Assembly (NCBI GenBank): GCA_018711225.1
Contig: DVIP01000148.1
Location: 14,537 to 78,536 of the forward strand
Reading direction: 5' to 3'
Length of the DNA: 64,000 nucleotides
Source: Candidatus Cryptobacteroides intestinipullorum
GTDB lineage: Bacteria; Bacteroidota; Bacteroidia; Bacteroidales; UBA932
The stretch's first letter is position 1; each line of letters begins with the position of its first letter. Under the pieces are notes generated by a model that saw nothing but the letters and a program-made list of their open reading frames with translations, was not told the DNA's origin and ran no database searches. The position numbers were made by a program, and so were the translations under genes. Of this stretch, positions 52,767 to 61,253 are shown one piece after another.

Positions 52767-54251
52767 TCAGATGTGGAATTCATTGATTTCTTTTGTCAGT
52801 TTGTTTATGATATTCATTTTCAGGTCATACAGGTCGTCTGAAATGTCCACCTTGTAATAATGCGGGTTTATCAGACGTCTCTCGCTCGGACTGAAACGGC
52901 TCAATGTGCTGTTGTAGTATGTCTTCTTTTCCCCGAGCGTATGTTCTTCGCAGCATCTTTCCCCGTTTGCGACCACTTTCTGCTGCAGGGCATGTGCCGT
53001 ATATGTCCCTGCTTCGAATGTCTTGAACTTGTACCTGTCGTATTCGTCGTAAATCGTGAATGTTTCCCCTGATGTTATCTTCTGCGCTATGGAGTCGCCC
53101 CTGAGGCAGGTCACGTCGGCCTTGTATATCTCCCCGTCCTCATCGTTTCTCTTCGTGATCCTGTATGTTATCTGGAAGCCGGGGTTTATGAGCTTGGCCT
53201 TGTCCTCCGACCGTTTCAGCACAGGCGTTCCGTCTATCTGAACCAGTTTGTATACGTTCCCGAAGCAAGGATTGGCCTTGCTTGTCGCGATGGCGTCACC
53301 GACACCGTAGGAATCAATGCAGGCTCCCTGCCTTTCGAGGTCGGAAATGATGTATTCGTCCAGGGAATTGGTGGCGAAAATCTTGCAGTTCTTCATGCCG
53401 TGGTCGTCGAGGATTCTGCGGCATTCCGTGGACAGGTATGCCAGGTCTCCGCTGTCGAGCCTTATCCCGTACATGAGAGGGTAGCTGTCGTCTATGCCGT
53501 TGTCCCTGTATGCCTTTATGGCATTGAGCACCCCGCATTTAAGAGTGTCGTATGTGTCCACGAGCAGAATCAGAGGCTCGCCCCGGTGTGTCTTTATGTA
53601 GGAATCGAATGCCTTGTATTCTCCGGCTACCGAACATCCGAAAGAGGTCACGTAGCTGTGCGCCATGGTTCCAGTGGATCCGCAGCCGAAATGCACTCCG
53701 GTGAGGATGTTGGATGTGTTGGCACAGCCGGCTATTATGGCAGCCTTGGCTCCGTACACTGCGGCCCACGGTCCGTGTGCACGGCGCGAACCGAATTCGC
53801 TCACCGGCTTGTCCGTGGCCCTGCATACCCTGGAAGCCTTGGTGGCTACCGCCATCTGGTGGTTCATGATGCAGAGCATGGGGGTTTCCAGCACCTGGGC
53901 TTCTATCATGGGACCTTCCACTATAATGACAGGCTGGTTCGGAAAGGCTATCTCACCTTCTCTCATGGCATAGATGTTCCCTGTGAACTTCATCTGCGAC
54001 AGGAATTTCCTGAATCCGGCATATTCTTCTCCGGGGAGAAACCTGCTGAAGAAGTCTTCCGGCATTTTGCCCAGACAGCCGACCATCTCCAGCACTTCTT
54101 CCACGCCGCTTACGACGGCCCAGTTGTTGTTTTCCGGGGCTTTCCTGTAAAAGAGATTGAATATGGCGGTCTTGTCCTTGAAGCCGCACTCGTAGAATGA
54201 CTTTCCCATCGTGTACTGGTACTTGTCCGAGCAATAAGCGTTGTTGAGCAT
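52767..54251 (-). CDS. pncB: nicotinate phosphoribosyltransferase
   Basis: DKYQYTM, EFGSRRAH, GTMAHS, LVDTYD, IRLDSGD, LDE, YGVG, VYKL. Confidence 0.93.
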   Translation of the reverse strand: MLNNAYCSDKYQYTMGKSFYECGFKDKTAIFNLFYRKAPENNNWAVVSGVEEVLEMVGCLGKMPEDFFSRFLPGEEYAGFRKFLSQMKFTGNIYAMREGEIAFPNQPVIIVEGPMIEAQVLETPMLCIMNHQMAVATKASRVCRATDKPVSEFGSRRAHGPWAAVYGAKAAIIAGCANTSNILTGVHFGCGSTGTMAHSYVTSFGCSVAGEYKAFDSYIKTHRGEPLILLVDTYDTLKCGVLNAIKAYRDNGIDDSYPLMYGIRLDSGDLAYLSTECRRILDDHGMKNCKIFATNSLDEYIISDLERQGACIDSYGVGDAIATSKANPCFGNVYKLVQIDGTPVLKRSEDKAKLINPGFQITYRITKRNDEDGEIYKADVTCLRGDSIAQKITSGETFTIYDEYDRYKFKTFEAGTYTAHALQQKVVANGERCCEEHTLGEKKTYYNSTLSRFSPSERRLINPHYYKVDISDDLYDLKMNIINKLTKEINEFHI

Positions 54252-54374
54252 CGGTTTTTTTGTTAAATGACTGCAAATTTACTTTTTTATTGCCAATAAT
54301 GGGCAGACGGGACCTGTTTTTTTGCCAATCTTGATTTTATCGTCTAATTTTGGAGAACAGAAACAGATACATTG

Positions 54375-55805
54375 ATGAAGACGGAACTGGAAAACCTGTT
54401 CAGGGAATACACGGGGCGCATGCCGGACCGTATTGTGCAGCTTACATCGTCAGGCAGCCACAGAACATATTTCAGGCTGTATTCCGGGACAGACTCATAT
54501 ATCGGAGTCGCCGGGACAATGGCCGAGGAGAACGAGACTTTCTGCTCGCTTTCCGCGCATTTTCTTTCCAAAGGCATCAATGTCCCGGAAATCTATGCGG
54601 TAAGCAGGGACGGAATGTGCTATCTCCAGGAAGATTTGGGACACGAGAGCCTGTATGACAGACTGCTGCCGGGCAGACAGTCCGGGAAATATTCTGCCGA
54701 AGACGCGGAGCTTCTCGAAAGGACTATAGGAAAGCTGCCTCAGATACAGGTGGAAGGTGCGGAAGGCTGGGATTTCTCCGGATGTTTTCACAGCCAGTCG
54801 TTCAATCCCAGGTCCATAATGTTTGACCTTAACTATTTCAAGTATTGCTTTCTTCTGACATCAGGGGTGGAGTTCAATGAAGAAAAGCTGCAGGACGACT
54901 TCCTGATATTGGCTTCGGAACTCATGAAGGACATGGACGACACTTTCATGTACAGGGATTTCCAGTCGAGAAATGTGATGCTGAAGGACGGGGAGCCGTA
55001 TTTCATAGATTTTCAGGGAGGAAGAAAGGGACCGGTATATTATGATGTCGCCTCTTTCGTATGGCAGGCCAGGTCAGATTTCCCGAAGGATCTGAAGGAA
55101 CGGCTGGTCGGGGCATACATAAGGGCGCTGGGCAAGTACCGCCGCGTAGATGAAGACATGTTCCGGTCCAGACTCCGTATTTTCGTGTTTTTCAGGACAC
55201 TTCAGGTGCTCGGGGCATACGGGTTCAGGGGAGGATATGAAAGAAAACGGCATTTCCTGGAGAGCATTCCTTATGCCATATCCAATCTGAAGGAATCTGT
55301 CCCTGCCGTCAGCGGGATTTGTCCTTATCTGGCGGAGATCTGTTCGGCCATGACGGAAATGCCGCGCTTTGCAAAACCTCAGGCAGTATCAGGAAATCCT
55401 GCGGCCCTGAAAGTCAGGATTTTCAGTTTCTCATACCGGAAGGGCATACCGGAAGATACCTCCGGAAACGGGGGCGGTTATGTCTTCGACTGCCGCGGGA
55501 TGCATAATCCGGGCAAGTATGAGCGGTTCAGGACATTGACAGGCATGGACCGCGAAGTGGCCGATTTCCTGGAAAGCAGGGGAGAGGCCGCCTCTTTCCT
55601 TTCCAATGTGTTTTCCCTGGCGGACGCCCATGTCAGGAAATATATCGAAAGGGGATTCACTGACCTGATGTTTTCTTTCGGATGTACCGGCGGCCAGCAT
55701 CGTTCCGTGTATTGCGCGGAAGCTCTGGCCTCGCATCTGAAAGCCGGATACGATATAACGATAGAACTGTTTCACAGGGAGCAGGGTGTGAAAAAGATAT
55801 TATGA
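54375..55805 (+). CDS. APH-family (AmgK-like) phosphotransferase fused to a RapZ-like C-terminal domain
   Basis: GS.R.YFR, YRDFQSRN, IDFQG, YDVAS; C-terminus FSFSY..GIP...VFDCR..NP...GCTGGQHRSV. Confidence 0.85.
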   Translation: MKTELENLFREYTGRMPDRIVQLTSSGSHRTYFRLYSGTDSYIGVAGTMAEENETFCSLSAHFLSKGINVPEIYAVSRDGMCYLQEDLGHESLYDRLLPGRQSGKYSAEDAELLERTIGKLPQIQVEGAEGWDFSGCFHSQSFNPRSIMFDLNYFKYCFLLTSGVEFNEEKLQDDFLILASELMKDMDDTFMYRDFQSRNVMLKDGEPYFIDFQGGRKGPVYYDVASFVWQARSDFPKDLKERLVGAYIRALGKYRRVDEDMFRSRLRIFVFFRTLQVLGAYGFRGGYERKRHFLESIPYAISNLKESVPAVSGICPYLAEICSAMTEMPRFAKPQAVSGNPAALKVRIFSFSYRKGIPEDTSGNGGGYVFDCRGMHNPGKYERFRTLTGMDREVADFLESRGEAASFLSNVFSLADAHVRKYIERGFTDLMFSFGCTGGQHRSVYCAEALASHLKAGYDITIELFHREQGVKKIL

Positions 55806-56560
55806 AGACGACTGAAGCCATGATATTCGCCGCCGGACTCGGAACCAGGCTCCGGCCGCTTACTGACAGTATGCCGAAAGCTCTCGTGCCGGTCTGCGGA
55901 AAACCGCTTCTGCAGATAGTCATCGACAGGCTGGTCTCCTTCGGAATCCGCGACATAGTAGTCAATGTCCATCATTTTGCCGGCATGATCGAGGATTATC
56001 TGGCCTCGCATCCGGTGCCTGGAGTCAAGGTCAGGATTTCTGACGAAAGGGAACAGCTGATGGATACGGGAGGCGGCATACTGCACGCGGAAAACCTGCT
56101 CGGGGCAGACCGGTTCCTCGTACATAATGTGGATATCATATCCGATCTGAATCTGGAATGGCTGGATTCTTCTGTCAGGAGCGATGCCCTGGCTACCCTG
56201 GCAGTGAGTGACCGCAAGACATCCCGCTACCTTCTTTTCGATGATGACATGCGGCTTAAAGGCTGGACCAATATTTCCACCGGTGAGGTGCGGAGTCCTT
56301 ATCCTGATCTGGATCCGTCCCGCTGCCGCCGTTATGCTTTTTCGGGAATCCATATCATTTCGCATGATATCTTCGGGGCATTCCGGGATAAAGGGTTCTG
56401 CGGGAAATTCCCGATTATGGATTTCTACCTCCGGGCTGCCGCGGAATATCCTGTCTACGGAGCTGTTCCGGAAAAACTGGAACTGGCCGATGTCGGCAAG
56501 CCTGAAACCCTTGCACGGGCCCGGGAAATGAGCTGCATAGAGAAATTATGCAGATTTTAA
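55802..56560 (+). CDS. MurU-like sugar-1-phosphate nucleotidyltransferase
   Basis: AMIFAAGLGTRLRPLT...PKAL, NVHH, DTGGG, HNVD; overlaps the kinase stop. Confidence 0.88.
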   Translation: MKTTEAMIFAAGLGTRLRPLTDSMPKALVPVCGKPLLQIVIDRLVSFGIRDIVVNVHHFAGMIEDYLASHPVPGVKVRISDEREQLMDTGGGILHAENLLGADRFLVHNVDIISDLNLEWLDSSVRSDALATLAVSDRKTSRYLLFDDDMRLKGWTNISTGEVRSPYPDLDPSRCRRYAFSGIHIISHDIFGAFRDKGFCGKFPIMDFYLRAAAEYPVYGAVPEKLELADVGKPETLARAREMSCIEKLCRF

Positions 56561-56711
56561 CTTTTTTAGGAAAATCTCGCGTCCATTAAATTAACATATA
56601 GGCAAAATTTTACAAAAAAGCTGGTTTTTATTGCTTATAAGTTATAAATTGTATAAAAATTATGCTTATGAGTTCAAATATTATAGCCAGGAAATACTAT
56701 GCAGACGCGGT

Positions 56712-57602
56712 TTACAAATTCATCGGCTGATTGCCGACGGTGGTATTTTTCCGGAGGATGAGGATGAACACGACCGTGATGAATAATCCGGCAATGACAA
56801 GAGTGACATACTGCCACGGCTCCATTATTTCCGAATAGGAAGTCATTTCCCTGAACTTGTCGTTCTGGCCTATCAGGGCTGCGAAAGTGTTGTTCGCACA
56901 GTGCATGAGCATCGTCAGCTTGAGAGAGCCTGTCCTGTAGTAGACGTATGCGAACAGCATTCCCAATATGAATGCAGGAAGCGCCTGCCATGGATTCATG
57001 TGTATCAGGGCGAAGAAAAGCGAGGATATCACCATGGCCCATACCGGTTTCATCCGCTGCAGCAGTCCCCTGAGAATCATTCCACGGCACAGCCACTCTT
57101 CGAACAGGGGAGCGAATACGGACACTGACAGCAAAGTCGCCCAAAGAGGCGTACCCACGAGCATCTGTTCGTTGAGCCTGTCAAACCATTCCGGTGTGGG
57201 CGGCAGAAGCTTTGAAAGCGGATCCGTCACGAATCCGGCGGCAATGGTGACAATGACGACTGCGGCAGCCAGACCCAGAAAGCCTCCGATTCCGAACTTG
57301 TCCTGATCGACCGGCACCGGGCGCTCCATATCGAAGTCGCGGTTGAACTTGCTCTTCGATGCTGCATACAGCATGGCCGGAATGAACATTACAGGATAGG
57401 ACAAAAGCATGGAATAGCTCATCAGACCTTCGCCGCCCGGCAGAAGCATGAGTCCGGCGGTCACCAGATTTCCGAGCAGGGCGCCTGCTATCAGCAGGGC
57501 AAGCAGTATGAACAGCCCTTTTATGTCGGGGAGATAATAGTCGAAATCCTTCAGCAGATTGTAAGAAGACTTGATTTTCCGTTGAGGAGTGAATATTCCC
57601 AT
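56712..57602 (-). CDS. CPBP (Abi/CAAX) intramembrane glutamic protease
   Basis: EE.LCRG, FALIH, H..NN motifs; alternative start at 57638. Confidence 0.9.
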   Translation of the reverse strand: MGIFTPQRKIKSSYNLLKDFDYYLPDIKGLFILLALLIAGALLGNLVTAGLMLLPGGEGLMSYSMLLSYPVMFIPAMLYAASKSKFNRDFDMERPVPVDQDKFGIGGFLGLAAAVVIVTIAAGFVTDPLSKLLPPTPEWFDRLNEQMLVGTPLWATLLSVSVFAPLFEEWLCRGMILRGLLQRMKPVWAMVISSLFFALIHMNPWQALPAFILGMLFAYVYYRTGSLKLTMLMHCANNTFAALIGQNDKFREMTSYSEIMEPWQYVTLVIAGLFITVVFILILRKNTTVGNQPMNL

Positions 57603-57665
57603 ATTTTCAGATTTTGTTAGAGGAAAGGTTTTTCCCATCCTGACTTTCCGTTGTTTTCGTAATTA

Positions 57666-57876
57666 AGCCGGAAATATCCGCAGTGCAGTGTGCTCTGCAG
57701 ATAATCCGGCTGTTTTTCAGGGTAATCCCAAAGTATCTTCGAGATCCATAGAGGAGCAGGCATGAAGCCTGCGACAGGCCTCCCGGAGAGGGAGGAGGAA
57801 GGAGGGTGACGCCCCTTAGTAAGGGGCTGTCGCGGAGCGACTGGGGATTAAGACGATCGGATTTCATAGAAATCCG
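57666..57876. other. hairpin-rich intergenic element (candidate ncRNA or palindromic repeat element)
   Basis: Several nested or adjacent inverted repeats, closed by taatccc/gggatta. Confidence 0.45.
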
Positions 57877-57921
57877 TAACGATAGTCCGACGAATTATTA
57901 AGATTCGTCGGACTATCGTTA
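57877..57921. terminator. perfect 19-bp inverted repeat at the stop codon of the nucleotidyltransferase
   Basis: taacgatagtccgacgaat-tattaag-attcgtcggactatcgtta. Confidence 0.6.
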
Positions 57922-58848
57922 TTTATATAACGGCGACGGATATATGCCCTTGTCGGCAAATTCCTGGAATTTGGCTACCACACCCGGCCTGTCAGCCTTG
58001 TAGGTGACGCCGAACCAGCGTGACGGTGTGGAAAGAAGTTCCGTCTTGCCGAGCTTGTTCTTGATCATGTAGTCCACTGCATACGGAATGTAGAATTCCT
58101 TCTTCAGCTCGGTCACGTTTTCCTTGAGAAATTCGATGAAGACATCATGACTGTTCTCGAAATAGTCCGGAGTGAATCCCCACATGTTCATGGAGCACAG
58201 CGCCTTGCCGTCCACTACCACTCTTTCGCCCTTGCTGTTTTCGGCATACACTTTCCCGTCTGCCTCCTTTTCGACATTGTGGTGTTCCTCCACATGCGTG
58301 AGATAGTGTTCGCTGTCCGCAGTGCAGAGACCTCTGGAAACGCCGCCGGATTCAGAAAGGGTATTGTCGAGCTCGAATCCTACGAGGCAATATTCACCTT
58401 TGGTGTTTTCATGGGCACGCAGCCAGTCTGCAAGTATTCTGAATGACTCCTTTCCGTAATAGTCATCGCCGTTGATGACAGCGAAAGGTTCCTTTATCAC
58501 GTCTTTGGCCATCAGGACAGCATGGGCTGTTCCCCAGGGTTTTTCCCTTTCAGGATTCATCTTGAAGCCTTCAGGAATCTTGTTGAGTTCCTGTGTCACG
58601 AAATCGAACTCGAGCGGAGATCCGTCAGGGCATGTGACATGCTGATATCTCTTGTGTACCATTTCCTTGAAATCATTCAGGAAATATTCGCGTACTATAT
58701 ATACCACTTTTCCGAATCCCGCCTGGACGGCATCGTAAATGGAATAGTCGATTATCGTTTCACCGTTAGGACCGAGGCCGTCCATTTGCTTCAGACCGCC
58801 GTATCGGCTTCCCATTCCGGCAGCAAGTACTAAAAGAGTTGGTTTCAT
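57919..58848 (-). CDS. sugar-phosphate nucleotidyltransferase
   Basis: LAAGMGSRYGGLKQ, KPWGTAHA, INGDDYYG, SMNMWGF. Confidence 0.88.
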   Translation of the reverse strand: MKPTLLVLAAGMGSRYGGLKQMDGLGPNGETIIDYSIYDAVQAGFGKVVYIVREYFLNDFKEMVHKRYQHVTCPDGSPLEFDFVTQELNKIPEGFKMNPEREKPWGTAHAVLMAKDVIKEPFAVINGDDYYGKESFRILADWLRAHENTKGEYCLVGFELDNTLSESGGVSRGLCTADSEHYLTHVEEHHNVEKEADGKVYAENSKGERVVVDGKALCSMNMWGFTPDYFENSHDVFIEFLKENVTELKKEFYIPYAVDYMIKNKLGKTELLSTPSRWFGVTYKADRPGVVAKFQEFADKGIYPSPLYK

Positions 58849-58946
58849 TATGTTTTAATTTAGAATGTTTCCTATATTCTCCAAAATTAACTAATTTTGT
58901 CGTAATAACCATAATAAAAGGAAAACTTTCTAATTATCCTGAGCCA

Positions 58947-59252
58947 ATGGGAAGATTCAGAGATATTTTCAGCGGAGGACAGAAAAGCTTTGCCGGATAT
59001 GTGACCATAGCTACGGTGGCCTTCTTCCTTTTCGTGCTTTTCAAGCCGGGCAGCAATATCTTCAACTGGATATCCGCGCAGCGGGAAGTGTCCAGGCAGG
59101 AAAAACAGATAATGCAGTACAGGCAGGAACTGGAAAAGCTCGACACGCGCATTGATCTTCTTGTCACGGACCGTGATACTTTGGAGAAATTCGCCCGCGA
59201 GCAGTTCCATCTGGCTGCCCCGGGCGAAGATGTGTATATCCTGGAAGAGTAG
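58947..59252 (+). CDS. septum formation initiator (FtsB/DivIC-like)
   Basis: TM + coiled coil + LEKFAREQF.L...GEDVY. Confidence 0.85.
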   Translation: MGRFRDIFSGGQKSFAGYVTIATVAFFLFVLFKPGSNIFNWISAQREVSRQEKQIMQYRQELEKLDTRIDLLVTDRDTLEKFAREQFHLAAPGEDVYILEE

Positions 59253-59264
59253 TCCCCGCGGATG

Positions 59265-61214
59265 CTATAACGCCGGCCTTATTACGGCGGCAGCCCCTCC
59301 GTTTCGTGCAAGGACTGTTTTCAATGTATCGGATGCGGAGATTTTCGTGCAGGTGATGCGGTGATCCTTCGCATTGGTCCCCGCATTGGTCCCGTCCGAA
59401 TAAAGTTTCATCTCGAACTTCCCTTCACCCAGAAAATCCAGCGGGATTTCCATGTCCACGGCGGAATCGCGTCCGTTCATCACCCCGATGAACCATTTGT
59501 CTCCCTTGCGTCTGGCCACTCCGACGATTTCACCGATTTTCCCTGCGAGAGGTACGGTCTCGTCCCATACCGTAGGGACCTCGCTGATGAAACTTATGGA
59601 TTCCGGATTTTCTTCGTATTTGGACGGACTGTCCGAAACCATTTGAAGCGGACTTTCGTAGACTACGTACATGGCGAGCTGATGGCAGCGTGTCCCCAGG
59701 CTCATTGGTTCTCCCGGAACAGTGCGGAATGATTCCGGCTGCGCGTTGAGCATGGATCCGGGAGTGAAATCCATGGGACCTGCCCACTGTCTTATGAAAG
59801 GCAGGCTCGTCTGGTGGCCTGGAGTGCAGTCTGTCCTCCATCTGCTGTTTTCAAGTCCGTAAACACCTTCCCGTGTAAGCAGGTTCGGGTATCCGGTTTC
59901 CATCCCGTCCGGAGGGTATGAGCCGTGGAAATCTATCAGAAGATGATGTTCCCCCGCCTTTCGGACCACGCGCTCGTAAAAGTCTACCATTTTCGCATCG
60001 TTCCTGTCCATCCAGTCTATCTTGAGACCGGCCGCACCCCATGATTCCAGCAGGCTGAACGCTTCGTCCATCTCACGCTCCACATTCAGCCACTTGGACC
60101 AGAGTATCACACCGACACCTTTCCCGGCAGCATATCTGCAAATGGCCGGAATATCCACGCCGGGAGCCGTTTCGAGCAGACTTTCCTTCGCTGACCATCC
60201 TTCGTCTATAAGAATGTATTCCAGACCGTGTGCCGCGGCATAGCCTGCCATGTAAATGTACGTTTCGGTATTGATGCCGGCCTTGAAATCCACTCCGTAA
60301 ATATTGTTGCCGTTCCACCAGTCCCACAATGCCTTGCCTGGCCTGACCCATGACCAGTCACCTTCCGCCTGCCTGCAGACGACATCCGGAAGGGTGGCGG
60401 CCAGTATGTCCGCATCCGAATCGTATATGCCGACGATTCTCCATGGAAAAGTCCTTTTCATCGGTGTCCTGACTATATAGTCCTCACGTTCCGTCACATA
60501 GAGTTTGTTCGTACCCTCGTACCAGTCTTCCGAGGCCGGGTAGTCCACGCTCATAAGCTCGAAACCATCTCCCGTAGGCTTCAGGTAGGAACCGGCATAT
60601 CCGTAAAGGTCCGTTTCGTGGACAAGTACGTCTAAACCGTTGTTTCTGACCAGAACCGGCATAAGCGAAAACAGGTCACCATCCAGTTCCGACAATTTTC
60701 CTTCCGTGTAATGGTATTCGAACCAGTTCTGGAGCTTGTCGGTAAGCTGGGTATATGACATGCAGTCCGGCCCGAATGCAAATTCCGCCGTTTCACCGTC
60801 TATGGTGCCCTCGCTGTCGGATTTGCCGCAGAAACGGTAGGCCACGCCTTCATCATAGACCCGGACCTGGAAAGAATAGTCCCTGAATTCTACCGACAGG
60901 AGATTATAGTTGTTTTTCAGTACGGAAAACTTTCTCGGGACTGCAGGTTTTATCTCTTCGCTTACGGAAGTCCTGACGGCTTTCCGGAAAGAGGATGCCC
61001 CGTCCCAGCAATCTCCGTCTGCAGTCATGGATATTTTCCTTATATCGACTGCCGGTCTGCCGTCATGGATGACTTCGATGCTGATGCCGCTTCCTCCAAG
61101 GCTGACAGTAACTTCGTTCACCGAGTCCGGAGATGTCACAGTGAAACTTCTTTCGTGTGCATTTGAAAAATATGCCGTCGACAGGCATACGATAAGGCTG
61201 AGGATTCTTTTCAT
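59265..61214 (-). CDS. glycoside hydrolase family 97 (probably the retaining subgroup)
   Basis: Signal peptide; W.RPGK..WDWW, IDEGW, GLKID, DFHG, REGV.GLE, GPMDFTPG, PTVWDET. Confidence 0.92.
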   Translation of the reverse strand: MKRILSLIVCLSTAYFSNAHERSFTVTSPDSVNEVTVSLGGSGISIEVIHDGRPAVDIRKISMTADGDCWDGASSFRKAVRTSVSEEIKPAVPRKFSVLKNNYNLLSVEFRDYSFQVRVYDEGVAYRFCGKSDSEGTIDGETAEFAFGPDCMSYTQLTDKLQNWFEYHYTEGKLSELDGDLFSLMPVLVRNNGLDVLVHETDLYGYAGSYLKPTGDGFELMSVDYPASEDWYEGTNKLYVTEREDYIVRTPMKRTFPWRIVGIYDSDADILAATLPDVVCRQAEGDWSWVRPGKALWDWWNGNNIYGVDFKAGINTETYIYMAGYAAAHGLEYILIDEGWSAKESLLETAPGVDIPAICRYAAGKGVGVILWSKWLNVEREMDEAFSLLESWGAAGLKIDWMDRNDAKMVDFYERVVRKAGEHHLLIDFHGSYPPDGMETGYPNLLTREGVYGLENSRWRTDCTPGHQTSLPFIRQWAGPMDFTPGSMLNAQPESFRTVPGEPMSLGTRCHQLAMYVVYESPLQMVSDSPSKYEENPESISFISEVPTVWDETVPLAGKIGEIVGVARRKGDKWFIGVMNGRDSAVDMEIPLDFLGEGKFEMKLYSDGTNAGTNAKDHRITCTKISASDTLKTVLARNGGAAAVIRPAL

Positions 61215-61253
61215 TATCAGTTTTTTTGTGTTGCGGTATTATTGTTACGGATA

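Noticed and set aside
56588-56620. dif-like site (ATATGTTAATT on the minus strand)
   Set aside because: Only a partial XerD arm, with no XerC-like arm
57723-57850. RNase P RNA or a known riboswitch
   Set aside because: Lacks the GAGGAAAGUCC P4 signature and any riboswitch consensus I can recognise; kept only as an unknown structured element
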